From Candidatus Eiseniibacteriota bacterium (GTDB lineage: Bacteria; Eisenbacteria; RBG-16-71-46; CAIMUX01; VGJL01): 64,000 bases of DNA. The translations under genes and the position numbers were made by a program. The stretch is taken from NCBI GenBank assembly GCA_041946735.1, contig JBHGAY010000020.1, positions 47,238 to 111,237 of the forward strand, read 5' to 3'. Shown piece by piece: positions 1 to 11,276 of the stretch; position 1 is the first letter of the stretch; each line of letters opens with the position of its first letter. The notes beneath the pieces were generated by a model, which did no database searches, had not been told where the DNA came from, and saw nothing but the letters and a program-made list of their open reading frames with translations.

Positions 1-494
1 CACTGCAGCAGGCCCGGGCGAAGCAGCTGGTGAAAATCCTTGTCGGCCGAGACGATCCGAACCTCGTGGCCGCCGGCGTGGACGGCAAGCGCCAGGCTCG
101 CGATCAGATCGTCCGCCTCGATCCCTCCGCGCTCGACGATCGGGATGCGGAGCGTGTCGATCAGCTCCCGCACGATCGGCAGCTGCTCGGCCAGATCGTC
201 AGGGAGCGACGGACGGTTCGCCTTGTACGCCTCGTAGCGGTGATGCCGCACCGTCTTGCCCCTGCCATCCATCGCAATCGCCGCGAAACGCGCCTTCTCC
301 GGACCGATCAACGTGAAGAGGGTCTGCGCGAAGCCGAAGACCGCGCTCACGTTCTTCCCCTTGGAGGTGAGGAGCGGGTTGCGAACGAACGCGAAGTGGG
401 ACCGATAGACGAGGGCGGAGCCGTCGATCAGGAACAGGGCCGGCTTCGGATCCGCTTTGGGCGAACGCTCCCGGGATCCCGCGGATTCAGGCAT
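1..494 (-). CDS. polA: DNA polymerase I, N-terminal 5'-3' exonuclease domain (runs off window edge)
   Basis: Not in the ORF track; my translation from ATG 494 gives MPESAG...LFLIDGSALVYRSHFAF...AVFGF...RHHRYEAYKANRP...GIEADDLIASL...IVSADKDFHQL, the PolA 5'-nuclease motifs. Confidence 0.93.
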   Translation of the reverse strand, partial: MPESAGSRERSPKADPKPALFLIDGSALVYRSHFAFVRNPLLTSKGKNVSAVFGFAQTLFTLIGPEKARFAAIAMDGRGKTVRHHRYEAYKANRPSLPDDLAEQLPIVRELIDTLRIPIVERGGIEADDLIASLALAVHAGGHEVRIVSADKDFHQLLRPGLLQ

Positions 495-1137
495 CGGACG
501 ATCCTTCGTCACCGCGGCCGGCCGCCGGCGAGTCTGTCTCTCCAGGGCCGTCCGTGTAGGGCGAGCCCGGCCCGAGGAACGGGAGAATCTCCGCCGGCAC
601 CATTTCCGCCACGGAGAGCCCGAGTCGCAGCCGCGAGCGGATCCAGGTCGAGGAGAGCCCGCAGAGCGGGCCGTCGATCCATCGGATGCGCGCGCCCGCG
701 GGCATCGTATCGGCGCGAGCCGGCAGCGACCCCGGCCGGCCGTACACACCGATGCCGGCGAGCCGCGTGATCTCCCCCGGGCTCCTCCACGTTCCCAGCT
801 CGCGCAGCGAGTCTTCGCCCAGCAGCAACCACAGATCGATTTCCGCGCCGGTCTCCTCGCGGAGCGCGCGAAGGGTGTCGACCGTGAAGGAGGGACGGCT
901 CGCGTCCGCCTCACGGTCGGAAGCGACGAGCCCCGGCCGGGACGCGGCGACGCGCCGGAGCATCTCGAGACGCATCGGATAGGGAGCGACGTTGCCGCTC
1001 GACTTGTGCGGCGGGACCGCGGCCGGGATCAGCAGGACCTGCTCGAGATCGAGCTGCTCGCGAGCGAGGAGGGCGATCCAGAGGTGGCCGAGGTGGGGGG
1101 GATCGAAGCTCCCGCCGAGGATCCCCCAGCGCCTCAC
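487..1137 (-). CDS. nadD: Nicotinate-nucleotide adenylyltransferase
   Basis: GILGGSFDPPHLGHL (HxGH), PPHK, SFTVDTL, LLGEDS, LSSTWIR; GTG start overlaps the bamD stop (GTGA). Confidence 0.93.
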   Translation of the reverse strand: MRRWGILGGSFDPPHLGHLWIALLAREQLDLEQVLLIPAAVPPHKSSGNVAPYPMRLEMLRRVAASRPGLVASDREADASRPSFTVDTLRALREETGAEIDLWLLLGEDSLRELGTWRSPGEITRLAGIGVYGRPGSLPARADTMPAGARIRWIDGPLCGLSSTWIRSRLRLGLSVAEMVPAEILPFLGPGSPYTDGPGETDSPAAGRGDEGSSDA

Positions 1138-1988
1138 GGGGTGCCTCCCGATGCGTTTCGTGCGGCGAGAGACCGGAGGCGCTGCTCCGCCTCCGCCTTG
1201 AGGCCACGAAGGTCCGAATCGCGCGCGATCCGCTCGGGCGTCGCATACTCGAGAAGCCGCTCCCAGGCCTTGCGCGCCTCGGGCCATTCCCCGAGCCGCT
1301 CCTCGTTGCGCGCGAGCATCGCGAGAGCGTCGCCCGCCCGCCCGAAGTCCGGCTTCATCTCGAGCGCCTTGTTGAGGTAGAGGATCGCGCCCCGCGGCTT
1401 GTCGAGCCGCTGGTAGGTGATCGCGTTCAGGTAGGCCTTCCTCGCGAGCTTCTCCGTCGCCTGGTCGATGCCGGCCCGCACGAGATCCGCGAACGATCCG
1501 TTGGGATAGCGGACGAGATAGGCGCGGAGCAGGCTGAGCGCGTTCTCGGTGCTCTCCGGATCGTAAGCCGGCCCGAGCGACTCATCGAGATAACTCTCCG
1601 CAAGCCGGTACTCCGCCTCCTCGCGCAGCGGGGACTGCGGAAAGTCTCGGATCAAACGGTCGTAGCGCTCGGCCGCGAGCAGGTTCTCGCCGAGGTTCTG
1701 GTGCGCCCGGCCGAGAAGGAAGAGGACCTGGTCGAGCTGGCTCGACCCCGGGTGGGCATCGAGGAAGGCGGTCAGCTTCTCGACCGCGCGCGTGTAGTCC
1801 CCCCGCTCGAACGCCTCGCGTCCCGGCGCCAACTCCGCGTCGGAGCTGGGCAGCGTCTCGATCCGCGGCGCGCTCCCTCCACACCCGAGGACGGCGAGCA
1901 GGACGAGCGGGAGCGCACGGCGCAGCCACGAGAGCGCCGCCCGCGAAGGAAGGCGGATGCGCTTCGACCGGCCGCTCGAACCTCTCAC
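1134..1988 (-). CDS. bamD: Outer membrane assembly lipoprotein BamD (TPR)
   Basis: Lipobox-like VLGC; TPR helices (FERGDYTRAVEKL, FPQSPLREEAEYRLAESY, YDPESTENAL, EKLARKAY); GAGGAGG RBS before GTG 1988. Confidence 0.85.
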   Translation of the reverse strand: MRGSSGRSKRIRLPSRAALSWLRRALPLVLLAVLGCGGSAPRIETLPSSDAELAPGREAFERGDYTRAVEKLTAFLDAHPGSSQLDQVLFLLGRAHQNLGENLLAAERYDRLIRDFPQSPLREEAEYRLAESYLDESLGPAYDPESTENALSLLRAYLVRYPNGSFADLVRAGIDQATEKLARKAYLNAITYQRLDKPRGAILYLNKALEMKPDFGRAGDALAMLARNEERLGEWPEARKAWERLLEYATPERIARDSDLRGLKAEAEQRLRSLAARNASGGTP

Positions 1989-2098
1989 GCGTTCCTCCTC
2001 CTGGCTCCTGCCCCTGCTCCTGCTCCTCGTTCCGCGCGCCACGCCCCGCGCCCCACGATCCGTCTTTGCTGTCCCGCGCTCCTCGTCCTGCTGCGGCT

Positions 2099-3253
2099 CT
2101 AGTTCTGATTCTGATAGAAGAGGTAGACGAGGCTCGAGACGATCGCGACTACTGCGAGTGGCTCGACGTACCTCCCGAGACGAAGCGGCGGGACCTCCGG
2201 CTTCGCGAACGGATAGTTCGCCCCCTCGGCGAGCATGCGGGACCGGCCGGACAGTCGATCTTCGAAATGGCTCTGTCCGCTCGCCACATCGAGAATCTTC
2301 CCCTCCGGCCCGTCGATCCGCGAGGCCGTGATGTAGACACCGCCGATCCGATGCACCGTCGCGTCTCCGAAGAGCAGGAAGCGGCGCCGGAACGTGGGAT
2401 AGTCGACGCCGAACTCGAGCACCTTGAACTCGATCACCGGCCCCTCGGGATAGACGACGACCGGCTGCGTCGGCTGGGCTGGCGCCGCTCCCCCGCTCCC
2501 GTTCGCCCCGTTGCCTCCCGAGCCTCGCGAGCCGCCCGGGCCGCCCGGGCCGCCGGGACCGCTGGTCCCGCCAGGTCCGCTTCCCGTCTCGCCGGTGGCT
2601 CCCGGCTCCGGCTCGCCTGCGGGCCCGGTCGAGCCGCCCGGCTCTGTCGAACCGGTCGAGCCGCCGGAGCCGGTCGAGCCCCCGCTCGATCCGTCGCCGA
2701 AGTCGTTGGCCGGGTTCGCCTCGTTCTGGGGCGTGTCGCCCGAGTCGAGAGAGCTGCCATCCGGCTGAGCGCCGAGCGAATCCGGATTCACGGCGGTGGT
2801 GTCGCCGGGCGCCGGCTCGGCGAAGGGATTCCAGGGCGTCTCCTCTGGAGGAGGGGCCTCCTCGCCCGCAGGCTTCTCCGCCTCGGCAGGCGTCTCGACG
2901 ACGGGAGCCGCAGCCGTGACCGGAGCCATGCGGCGCACCTGGCACCGCCGCCGCGCCAGCGCGCGCGCGAAGGCGTCGCTCACGAAGTCGCTCGCGTCGC
3001 TATGGCCCGCCGGCAGGACCGTGATCTCCTCGCCAGGCCGTACGTCGAGGCTGTCGAGGATCTGATCGACCGCGTCGCCGGTGAGGCGGTCGAGAAGCCC
3101 GAGGTTCGTGAGAAACGTCTCGCTCTCGCCGCTCCCGGGGCCCGAGCCCGGCTCGGCGCCGGCGATCCCGGCGGCGGACGCCGTCGCCAGCAGCCACCCC
3201 AGCGCGGCGAGGAACGGAAGGTGCAAACAGGGTCTGCGGAGCATCGTCTTCAC
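2099..3253 (-). CDS. Hypothetical exported protein with a long G/S/T/P-rich linker and a C-terminal TM helix
   Basis: C-terminal part of ORF 2099..4195; signal-like N-terminus; ends RYVEPLAVVAIVSSLVYLFYQNQN; GTG overlaps the rimO stop. Confidence 0.7.
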   Translation of the reverse strand: MKTMLRRPCLHLPFLAALGWLLATASAAGIAGAEPGSGPGSGESETFLTNLGLLDRLTGDAVDQILDSLDVRPGEEITVLPAGHSDASDFVSDAFARALARRRCQVRRMAPVTAAAPVVETPAEAEKPAGEEAPPPEETPWNPFAEPAPGDTTAVNPDSLGAQPDGSSLDSGDTPQNEANPANDFGDGSSGGSTGSGGSTGSTEPGGSTGPAGEPEPGATGETGSGPGGTSGPGGPGGPGGSRGSGGNGANGSGGAAPAQPTQPVVVYPEGPVIEFKVLEFGVDYPTFRRRFLLFGDATVHRIGGVYITASRIDGPEGKILDVASGQSHFEDRLSGRSRMLAEGANYPFAKPEVPPLRLGRYVEPLAVVAIVSSLVYLFYQNQN

Positions 3254-4611
3254 GGCCTCTCCCCCGGGCGCGCCACCGGTCGCGCGCTCAGATCGTACGG
3301 GCCCGCCGAGACGACCTCCGCCTCGACGAACTCGCCCGCTCGGGGCGACCATCCGTCGCCCGCCCTCAGGCGTGTCACGCCATCGACCTCGGGCGCCTGT
3401 CCGGCATGCCTGCCGACCCAGACCCCGGGCTTCTCGCTGCGATCCAAGAGAACCTCCACTCTCCGTCCCTTCCACGCGACATGCCGCCGGACGGAGGCCT
3501 CCCGTTGCGCGGCCAGGATCCCGCGCCGGCGCTGCTCCCGCAAGCGAAGGGGCAGCTGCCCTTCCATCGCCCCGGCGACCGTCCCCTCTTCCGTGCTGTA
3601 GGCGAAGACACCGAGGTGATCGAACCCGAAGGAGCGCACGAATGCCAGCATCTCCTCGTGCTCCTCCTGGGTCTCGCCCGGGAATCCGCTGATCAGGGTC
3701 GTCCGGAGCGCGATGCCCGGAACCTCCGCGCGGAATCGCTCGAGCAGGCGGACCGTCGAGCCGAACGGCGGCCGTCGCATGCGTCGAAGGATCCTTTCGG
3801 AAACGTGCTGGATCGGCATGTCGAGATAGGGCGCCAGCCGCGGCAGGTCCCGGAAGCACCGGATCAGGTCGGCCGTCCAGGGAGACGGGTACGCGTACAG
3901 CAACCGGATCCATCGTACCCCCTCGACCTCGTTCAGCGCTTCGAGCAGCCGAGGAAGAGAGGGCTTGCCGTCCAGATCGGCTCCCCATGCGGTCAGCTCC
4001 TGCGCGACCAGGTTCAGCTCGCGCACTCCGGAGCCGGCCAGCCGCCTCGCCTCCTCGACGATCGATTCGAGAGAGCGGCTGCGATGAGGGCCGCGTAGAG
4101 CGGGGATCACGCAGAACGCGCATGTGCGATCGCATCCTTCGGAGATCTTCACATACGCGCTGTGGGAGAGCTGCGAGACGACCCGCAGATCCCACCGCTC
4201 CTCGACGCGGTCGAAGCCCCCGAGGTGGATCCGGTCGCCGTCGGGCCCTTCGTCGAGCAGCGAGCGGAGGCGCGGAGCGAGGGAGTGCACCTCCCCGGGA
4301 CCGACGATCATGTCGATCTCAGGGATCTCGCGCATCAGATCCCCCCCGTGGCGTTGCGCGAGGCAGCCGACCACGATCAGCCTCCTGCCGGGCCGGACGC
4401 GCTTGTGTTCCGCCATCTCGAGGATCGTGTCGATCGACTCCCGCTGCGACGCGGTCAGGAAGGCGCATGTGTTGACGATGATCGCGTCGGCCTCCGAAGG
4501 GTCGGCAGCGATCGCGATCCCTTGGTTCAGGATCTGTCCCGCGAGGAGATCGGTGTCGGCGAGATTCTTTGCGCAGCCGAGGGTGACGACCGCGATCTTC
4601 GGGATCCTCAT
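3250..4611 (-). CDS. rimO: Ribosomal protein S12 methylthiotransferase
   Basis: TLGCAKNLAD, VNTCAF, GCLAQR, radical-SAM CDRTCAFC, WIRLLYAYP, TRAM domain with QAPEVDG. Confidence 0.96.
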   Translation of the reverse strand: MRIPKIAVVTLGCAKNLADTDLLAGQILNQGIAIAADPSEADAIIVNTCAFLTASQRESIDTILEMAEHKRVRPGRRLIVVGCLAQRHGGDLMREIPEIDMIVGPGEVHSLAPRLRSLLDEGPDGDRIHLGGFDRVEERWDLRVVSQLSHSAYVKISEGCDRTCAFCVIPALRGPHRSRSLESIVEEARRLAGSGVRELNLVAQELTAWGADLDGKPSLPRLLEALNEVEGVRWIRLLYAYPSPWTADLIRCFRDLPRLAPYLDMPIQHVSERILRRMRRPPFGSTVRLLERFRAEVPGIALRTTLISGFPGETQEEHEEMLAFVRSFGFDHLGVFAYSTEEGTVAGAMEGQLPLRLREQRRRGILAAQREASVRRHVAWKGRRVEVLLDRSEKPGVWVGRHAGQAPEVDGVTRLRAGDGWSPRAGEFVEAEVVSAGPYDLSARPVARPGERP

Positions 4612-5339
4612 CCCCCCTCTCCCAGGTCGACGACCTCGGTGCCGGCCGGAGGGACGAAGCGGAAGTCCCCGGGATCCAGGGAAGGATCGGGGCGGACGTC
4701 GCGCAGGCGAAGCCGCGTGCGGTTGCCCTCGCCGTCGGCCGCCTCGTACCCGAGGATCGAGCGGCCGTCCGAGGCGACCCAGACGCGCAGCGCTTCGATC
4801 GGAAGTTGCGAGCCCGGGGTCAGCTCGAGCCGGACGGCGCCGGGCGCGAAGGCCGGGTCGTCCTGCGCCGAGTCGGCCTTCGCGCCGGCGAGAGCCCAGT
4901 CGAGGAGATCGGCGCCGCGTCGCGCGTCGGGACCGAGCGGCATCCGGATCGCCTGCTTCTGCTCCGGCACGTAGGTCCAGACGTAGACGCCGTCACAGAC
5001 CTGCCGCTGGCCGCTCGGAGCGTCGAAGGTGAGATCGAAGAACCGGGGGCGCAGGATGCGCATCGTCCCTTGCGACACGACCGGCTCGTCGAATCCCACG
5101 AACTGCTGCGTCTGCTCGAAGCGAGCGGTGAAGCTCTTGCGGCCCTCCCAGTGCTCCCGCATGGCGGCGAGCAGGGCCGGGGCATCGGAACGCCCGGCCG
5201 CGGCGGCTGTCGCCGGACGCTCCTGCGCAGCCGCCGGCCAAGCGCCGCCGCTCAGGCAAAGGACGGCGAGCAGCAACAGCACCGGCAGTAGCGGCAAGAG
5301 CGGCGCCCGCGCGCGCAAGCGGCTAGACGGCTCTCGCAT
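4608..5339 (-). CDS. lolA: Outer membrane lipoprotein carrier LolA
   Basis: Signal peptide; SFTARFEQ, GTMRILRP, CDGVYVWTYVPEQKQA, FRFVPPAGTEVVD; directly downstream of ftsK. Confidence 0.88.
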   Translation of the reverse strand: MREPSSRLRARAPLLPLLPVLLLLAVLCLSGGAWPAAAQERPATAAAAGRSDAPALLAAMREHWEGRKSFTARFEQTQQFVGFDEPVVSQGTMRILRPRFFDLTFDAPSGQRQVCDGVYVWTYVPEQKQAIRMPLGPDARRGADLLDWALAGAKADSAQDDPAFAPGAVRLELTPGSQLPIEALRVWVASDGRSILGYEAADGEGNRTRLRLRDVRPDPSLDPGDFRFVPPAGTEVVDLGEGG

Positions 5340-7641
5340 CCTGTTTCCTCGCATCGAATTCCTCCAGATATCTCTCGTCGACCATCACGTCCCGCGCTTT
5401 GCTGCCGTCGTACGGGGAGACCACACCGGCGCTCTCGAGAAGGTCCATCAACCGCGCGGCGCGCGAATATCCGACCTTCAACCGGCGCTGGAGGAAGGAA
5501 ACGGAAGCCTGCCGTTCGCGGACGACCAGCCGCAGGGCGTCACCGAACATCTCATCCTCGCGGGCCGGGTCGGAAGGCCCTTCGGTCTCCTCCTCGGTGA
5601 AGAGGGTATCCGCCTCGGGCTGCTCACGCAGGAACGAGGCGACCCGCTCCGCATCCCCCTCGGTGCAGAAAGCGCCGTGCACGCGGATCGCCTCTCCCTT
5701 GCCCGGAGGGATGAAGAGCATGTCTCCCCGGCCGAGGAGGAACTCCGCGCCGCCGGCGTCGAGGATCGTGCGGGAGTCGATCCGCGAGGCGACCTGGAAG
5801 GAGATTCGCGCCGGGAAGTTCGCTTTGATGACGCCGGTCAGGACGTCCACGGAAGGACGCTGGGTCGCGAGGATCATATGGATGCCGACCGCCCGGGCCA
5901 TGTGCGCGAGCCGGCTGATCGATCCCTCGATCTCGGCTCCCTGCGTCAGCATCAGATCGGCCAGCTCGTCGACCACGACGACCACGTACGGCAGGTTCTC
6001 CATCTCCTCGCTGTCGGGCGCGGTGACCGGCGCCGCTCCGTCGCCTTTCGCCGGCCCCTTCGCCGCCGGCCCCTTCACTGCCGGCGGCTTTCCCGGCTCC
6101 CCCGCCGCGCGGCGGCGGTATCCCTCGATGTTGCGGACGCCGAAACGGGAAAGGACGCGGTAGCGCCGGTCCATCTCTCCGCAGAGCCATTCGAGCATCC
6201 GCGACGCCTGCTTCGGCTCGGTCACGACCGGGCAGAGGAGCGAGGGGATCCCGTCGTACGGAGTGAGCTCGAGCCGCTTCGGATCGATGAGCAACAGGCG
6301 CAGCTCCTCCGGAGTGCGGCGGAAGAGAAGCGAGAGCAGGAGCGCGTTCAGGCAGACGCTCTTCCCGGAGCCGGTCGTGCCGGCGACGAGCAGGTGCGGC
6401 ATGCGGTCGAGATCCGCGAAGACCGGGATGCCGGCGATGTCGCGCCCCAGCGCGAGCGCGAGGAATCCCTGCTGCTGCGACCAGTCCTCCGCCTCCAGGA
6501 TCTCCTTCAGCGAGATCAGGGCCTGCCGGCGGTTCGGGACCTCGATCCCAACGGCCGCCTTGCCCGGGATCGGCGCGACGAGGCGAATCCGCTTCGCGCG
6601 CAAGGCGAGCGCCAGGTCGTCGACGCGGCTCACGATCTGGCTGACGCGGACCCCGGTCCCCGGCTCGAACTCGTAGCGGGTCACGATCGGACCCGGGTGC
6701 ACCTCTCCCACCTTGCCCTCGACGCCGAAGTTCTTCAGCGTTCGGACGAGGAGCTTCGAAGTATCGAGAATCTCTTCGCGGTCGACCGCGCCGCGCGTGC
6801 CTTCGAGATCCTCGAGCAGCGTCACGTCGGGCAGCTTGCGCGCGCCGGAGCCGGAGGGACGAAACGGCGGACGGCGCGATGGCGCGCTCCGCCGCGATTG
6901 GATCCGCGGCTCGGCGAACGCCTCGGCCTCCTCTTCGGAGCCCTTCGAGGCTGCGCCTCCGCCTTCCTCCTGATCCTCTTCTTCCTCCTCGTCGAGCCGG
7001 GAGGCGCCTCGCGCCGTCCCGCGCCCCAGCGCCGCGCGCGGATCGATCCGGGCGGTCCGTCCCGCTCGTTCGGAGCGCTCGGAGCTCGAAGCCGCCGCCC
7101 GCGGCGCGGCGCGCCGGTCCTCGCGCGGCCGCGAGTCGCGGGCGAGCGTGGGGACCGAGGGGAGGGGCAGCCGGGCGAGGCCGTCGCGCGCGGCGGCGGG
7201 AAGCGCGAAACGCCAGGCGATCCAGAGGGAGACGACCGCGAGCGCCGCGACGGCGATCCAGCTTCCCCAGGGACCGAGGATCGACTGCAGTCCGCTCAGG
7301 CCCGCCGCTCCGGCGGCGCCGGTCATCGGCTCGAGCGGGGAGAGGGCGACGGAAGCGACGGAGGCGAGAGGGAGCAGGAGCGCGGCGAGGCGGAGCACCG
7401 ACCTCTTGCGTCCCCCGAAGAGCCAGAGGATCGCGATCGGGGGCAGCATGGCCCACGATCCCCAGGCGAGGATCGGCCCGAGCAGCCCCACGATCCCGTC
7501 GGCCGCCCAATCCGCGAGCGGACCGCATGCGGGGTCGCCGGCCTCATGGGACAGGAGCGCCAGACCGAGGAGGGCCGCCAGGAGGAGGAGCAGGATCCCC
7601 TGCAGAGGGGCCGCACTCCGCTCTTGGGACGACGCCGGCAT
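5323..7641 (-). CDS. ftsK: DNA translocase FtsK
   Basis: N-terminal TMs; PHLLVAGTTGSGKS Walker A, VVDELADLM, ATQRPSVDV, LLGRGDML, gamma domain LQRRLKVGYSRAARLMD. Confidence 0.97.
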   Translation of the reverse strand: MPASSQERSAAPLQGILLLLLAALLGLALLSHEAGDPACGPLADWAADGIVGLLGPILAWGSWAMLPPIAILWLFGGRKRSVLRLAALLLPLASVASVALSPLEPMTGAAGAAGLSGLQSILGPWGSWIAVAALAVVSLWIAWRFALPAAARDGLARLPLPSVPTLARDSRPREDRRAAPRAAASSSERSERAGRTARIDPRAALGRGTARGASRLDEEEEEDQEEGGGAASKGSEEEAEAFAEPRIQSRRSAPSRRPPFRPSGSGARKLPDVTLLEDLEGTRGAVDREEILDTSKLLVRTLKNFGVEGKVGEVHPGPIVTRYEFEPGTGVRVSQIVSRVDDLALALRAKRIRLVAPIPGKAAVGIEVPNRRQALISLKEILEAEDWSQQQGFLALALGRDIAGIPVFADLDRMPHLLVAGTTGSGKSVCLNALLLSLLFRRTPEELRLLLIDPKRLELTPYDGIPSLLCPVVTEPKQASRMLEWLCGEMDRRYRVLSRFGVRNIEGYRRRAAGEPGKPPAVKGPAAKGPAKGDGAAPVTAPDSEEMENLPYVVVVVDELADLMLTQGAEIEGSISRLAHMARAVGIHMILATQRPSVDVLTGVIKANFPARISFQVASRIDSRTILDAGGAEFLLGRGDMLFIPPGKGEAIRVHGAFCTEGDAERVASFLREQPEADTLFTEEETEGPSDPAREDEMFGDALRLVVRERQASVSFLQRRLKVGYSRAARLMDLLESAGVVSPYDGSKARDVMVDERYLEEFDARKQDARAV

Positions 7642-7652
7642 CGCGACTCCGA

Positions 7653-9017
<1,365 letters not shown>

Positions 9018-10193
9018 CTAGAAGTGGCTCTTCAGCATCTCCACCCGGTCGGTCCGCTCCCACGGGAACCCGGCGTCGTCGCGCCCGAAATGGCCGTAGG
9101 CCGCCGTCTTCCTGTACATCGGCCGCAGCAGGTCGAGATCGCGGATGATCGCCCGCGGACGCAGGTCGAAGCTCCCGCGCACGGCGGCGAGGATCTTCTC
9201 CGGATCGGCATGGTGCGTCCCGAACGTCTCGATGTGGATCGAGACCGGCTCCGCGATGCCGATCGCGTAGGCCAGCTGGATCTGCGCGCGATCGGCGAGG
9301 CCGGCCGCGACCACGTTCTTCGCCACCCAACGGGCGGCGTAGGTCGCCGAGCGGTCGACCTTCGAGGGGTCCTTCCCCGAGAAGGCGCCGCCGCCGTGCG
9401 GAGCGAGGCCGCCGTAGGTGTCGACGATGATCTTGCGCCCGGTCAGACCGGTGTCGGCCCATGGGCCGCCGCGCACGAACCGCCCGGTCGGATTGATGTG
9501 ATAGACGATCTTCTCCGGATCGGCGAGGTCTTTCGGCAGGACCGGGACGATCACCTCGCTGCGGAGCGCCTCCCGCACCGTCTCGATCGGGACCTCCGCC
9601 TTGTGCTGCGCGGAAAGCACGATCGTGTGCACGCGGACCGGACGATCCGTCTCGTCGTACTCGACGGTGACCTGGCACTTGCCGTCGGGACCGAGAAAGT
9701 CGACCTTGCCCTCGGAGCGCACGAGCCCCAGGCGCGCGGAGATCTTGTGCGCGAGCTGGATCGGCAGCGGCATCAGCTCCGGCGTCTCGCGAACCGCGTA
9801 GCCAAACATGATCCCCTGGTCGCCCGCCCCTTGATCCAGCTCGTGGGCGGAGTCGCGGTTGACCCCCTGGGCGATGTCCGGGGACTGCTCGTCGATCGAG
9901 CTGATCACCGCGCAGGTCTCCCAGTCGAAGCCGTAGGACGGATCGGTGTAGCCGATGTCGCGGATCGTCTCCCGGACGACGCGCGGCAGATCGGCATAGG
10001 CGTTCGTCGAGATCTCGCCGGAGATGAACGCGAGCCCGGTCGTGACCAGGCACTCGCACGCCACGCGGCACGACTTGTCCTCTTGCAGCAGCGCGTCGAG
10101 GACGGCATCGGAGATCTGGTCGGCGACCTTGTCCGGGTGTCCGGCCGCTACCGACTCGGAGGTGATCAGGTGGGTACGCGACATCGAAGCCAT
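9018..10193 (-). CDS. metK: S-adenosylmethionine synthetase
   Basis: [55 protein letters not shown]. Confidence 0.98.
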   Translation of the reverse strand: MASMSRTHLITSESVAAGHPDKVADQISDAVLDALLQEDKSCRVACECLVTTGLAFISGEISTNAYADLPRVVRETIRDIGYTDPSYGFDWETCAVISSIDEQSPDIAQGVNRDSAHELDQGAGDQGIMFGYAVRETPELMPLPIQLAHKISARLGLVRSEGKVDFLGPDGKCQVTVEYDETDRPVRVHTIVLSAQHKAEVPIETVREALRSEVIVPVLPKDLADPEKIVYHINPTGRFVRGGPWADTGLTGRKIIVDTYGGLAPHGGGAFSGKDPSKVDRSATYAARWVAKNVVAAGLADRAQIQLAYAIGIAEPVSIHIETFGTHHADPEKILAAVRGSFDLRPRAIIRDLDLLRPMYRKTAAYGHFGRDDAGFPWERTDRVEMLKSHF

Positions 10194-10241
10194 GGAAAGA
10201 CTCCTTCTTCCGCCTGCGCTATGGGTCGACTCAAAGGGGGG

Positions 10242-10270
10242 AGGGTACCGGGACGCGGCCGGTGAAGCAA
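10242..10270 (-). promoter_or_regulatory. Candidate sigma70 promoter for metK
   Basis: TTGCTT-N17-TACCCT on the minus strand, about 50 nt upstream of the metK ATG. Confidence 0.4.
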
Positions 10271-10271
10271 G

Positions 10272-11276
10272 CTAGGAGGATGGCTCCCCTCCCGACAGGA
10301 TCACCTCCGAGGAATCCCCCACGTTCAGCACCTGGAACGAACCCCGCACGATCGCATTCTCGCCGACCACCGATCCGTCGAGGAGCACGTCGCACACCTC
10401 GGCGCTCTCGTTGATGATCGAGTTGCGGAGAATCGAGCCGTGGACGGTCGCTCCTGCGGCGATCGAGACGTACGGGCCGACGATCGATTGGGAGACGCGC
10501 GCGCTCGGATCGATCGACACCGGGTGGTTCACGACGACTCCCGGAATGCTCGGCGACGAGGGCAGCAGATCGAGCAGGTAACGGTTCGTCGACAGGAGGG
10601 TCTCCGTCTTGCCGCAATCGAACCAACCGTCCACCTCGTGCACGCGCATCGTCGCCCCCTCGAGCAGGATCGCCTGCAGCGCGTCCGTCAGCTGGAACTC
10701 GCCCCGCGTTCGCCGGCTCTCCTCGATGAGCGAGGCGAGCGCCAGAAACAGCCTCGTCGATTCCGGAAGGTAGTAGAGGCCGACCAGCGCGAGGTTGCTC
10801 GTCGGATGCTCCGGCTTCTCGGTCATCGCGCGGACCTTCCGGTCGCCATCCAGCTCGACGATCCCGAACCGCTGCGGGTCCTCGACCTCCTTCACGCCGA
10901 GCACGATCTCCTCCCCAGAGAGAAAGAGAGAGAGATCCGTGTGGACGATGGTGTCGCCGAGGACGATCACGATCGGCCCGCCGCCGACACGCTCGCTCGC
11001 CAGGTAGACGGCATGCCCGAGCCCGAGCGGCTCGGGCTGCTCGACGAACTCCACGGCCGAGCCGTACCTCCGGCCCACGTAGTCCCGAATCCGGTCGCCG
11101 CGATAGCCGACGACCACGATGACCTTTTCGACCCCCTCGCCGATCAAGCCGTCGAGGATGTGGGCCAGGATCGGCCTCCCCGCGACGTTGATCAGCGCTT
11201 TCGGGATCGTGTGGGTGTGGGGCCGCAGCCGCGTGCCGACGCCCGCCGCCGGCACGATCGCCACCACTCGGCTCAT
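10272..11276 (-). CDS. Sugar-1-phosphate nucleotidyltransferase with C-terminal left-handed beta-helix
   Basis: VPAAGVGTRLRPHTHTIPKAL, QPEPLGLGHAV, LGDTI, RGEFQLTDAL, WFDCGK, IVGPYVSI; substrate not determinable. Confidence 0.9.
   Translation of the reverse strand: MSRVVAIVPAAGVGTRLRPHTHTIPKALINVAGRPILAHILDGLIGEGVEKVIVVVGYRGDRIRDYVGRRYGSAVEFVEQPEPLGLGHAVYLASERVGGGPIVIVLGDTIVHTDLSLFLSGEEIVLGVKEVEDPQRFGIVELDGDRKVRAMTEKPEHPTSNLALVGLYYLPESTRLFLALASLIEESRRTRGEFQLTDALQAILLEGATMRVHEVDGWFDCGKTETLLSTNRYLLDLLPSSPSIPGVVVNHPVSIDPSARVSQSIVGPYVSIAAGATVHGSILRNSIINESAEVCDVLLDGSVVGENAIVRGSFQVLNVGDSSEVILSGGEPSS

Noticed and set aside
10194..10245. SAM riboswitch upstream of metK
   Set aside because: The leader is only ~45 nt after the candidate promoter and shows no recognisable SAM-I, II or V core.
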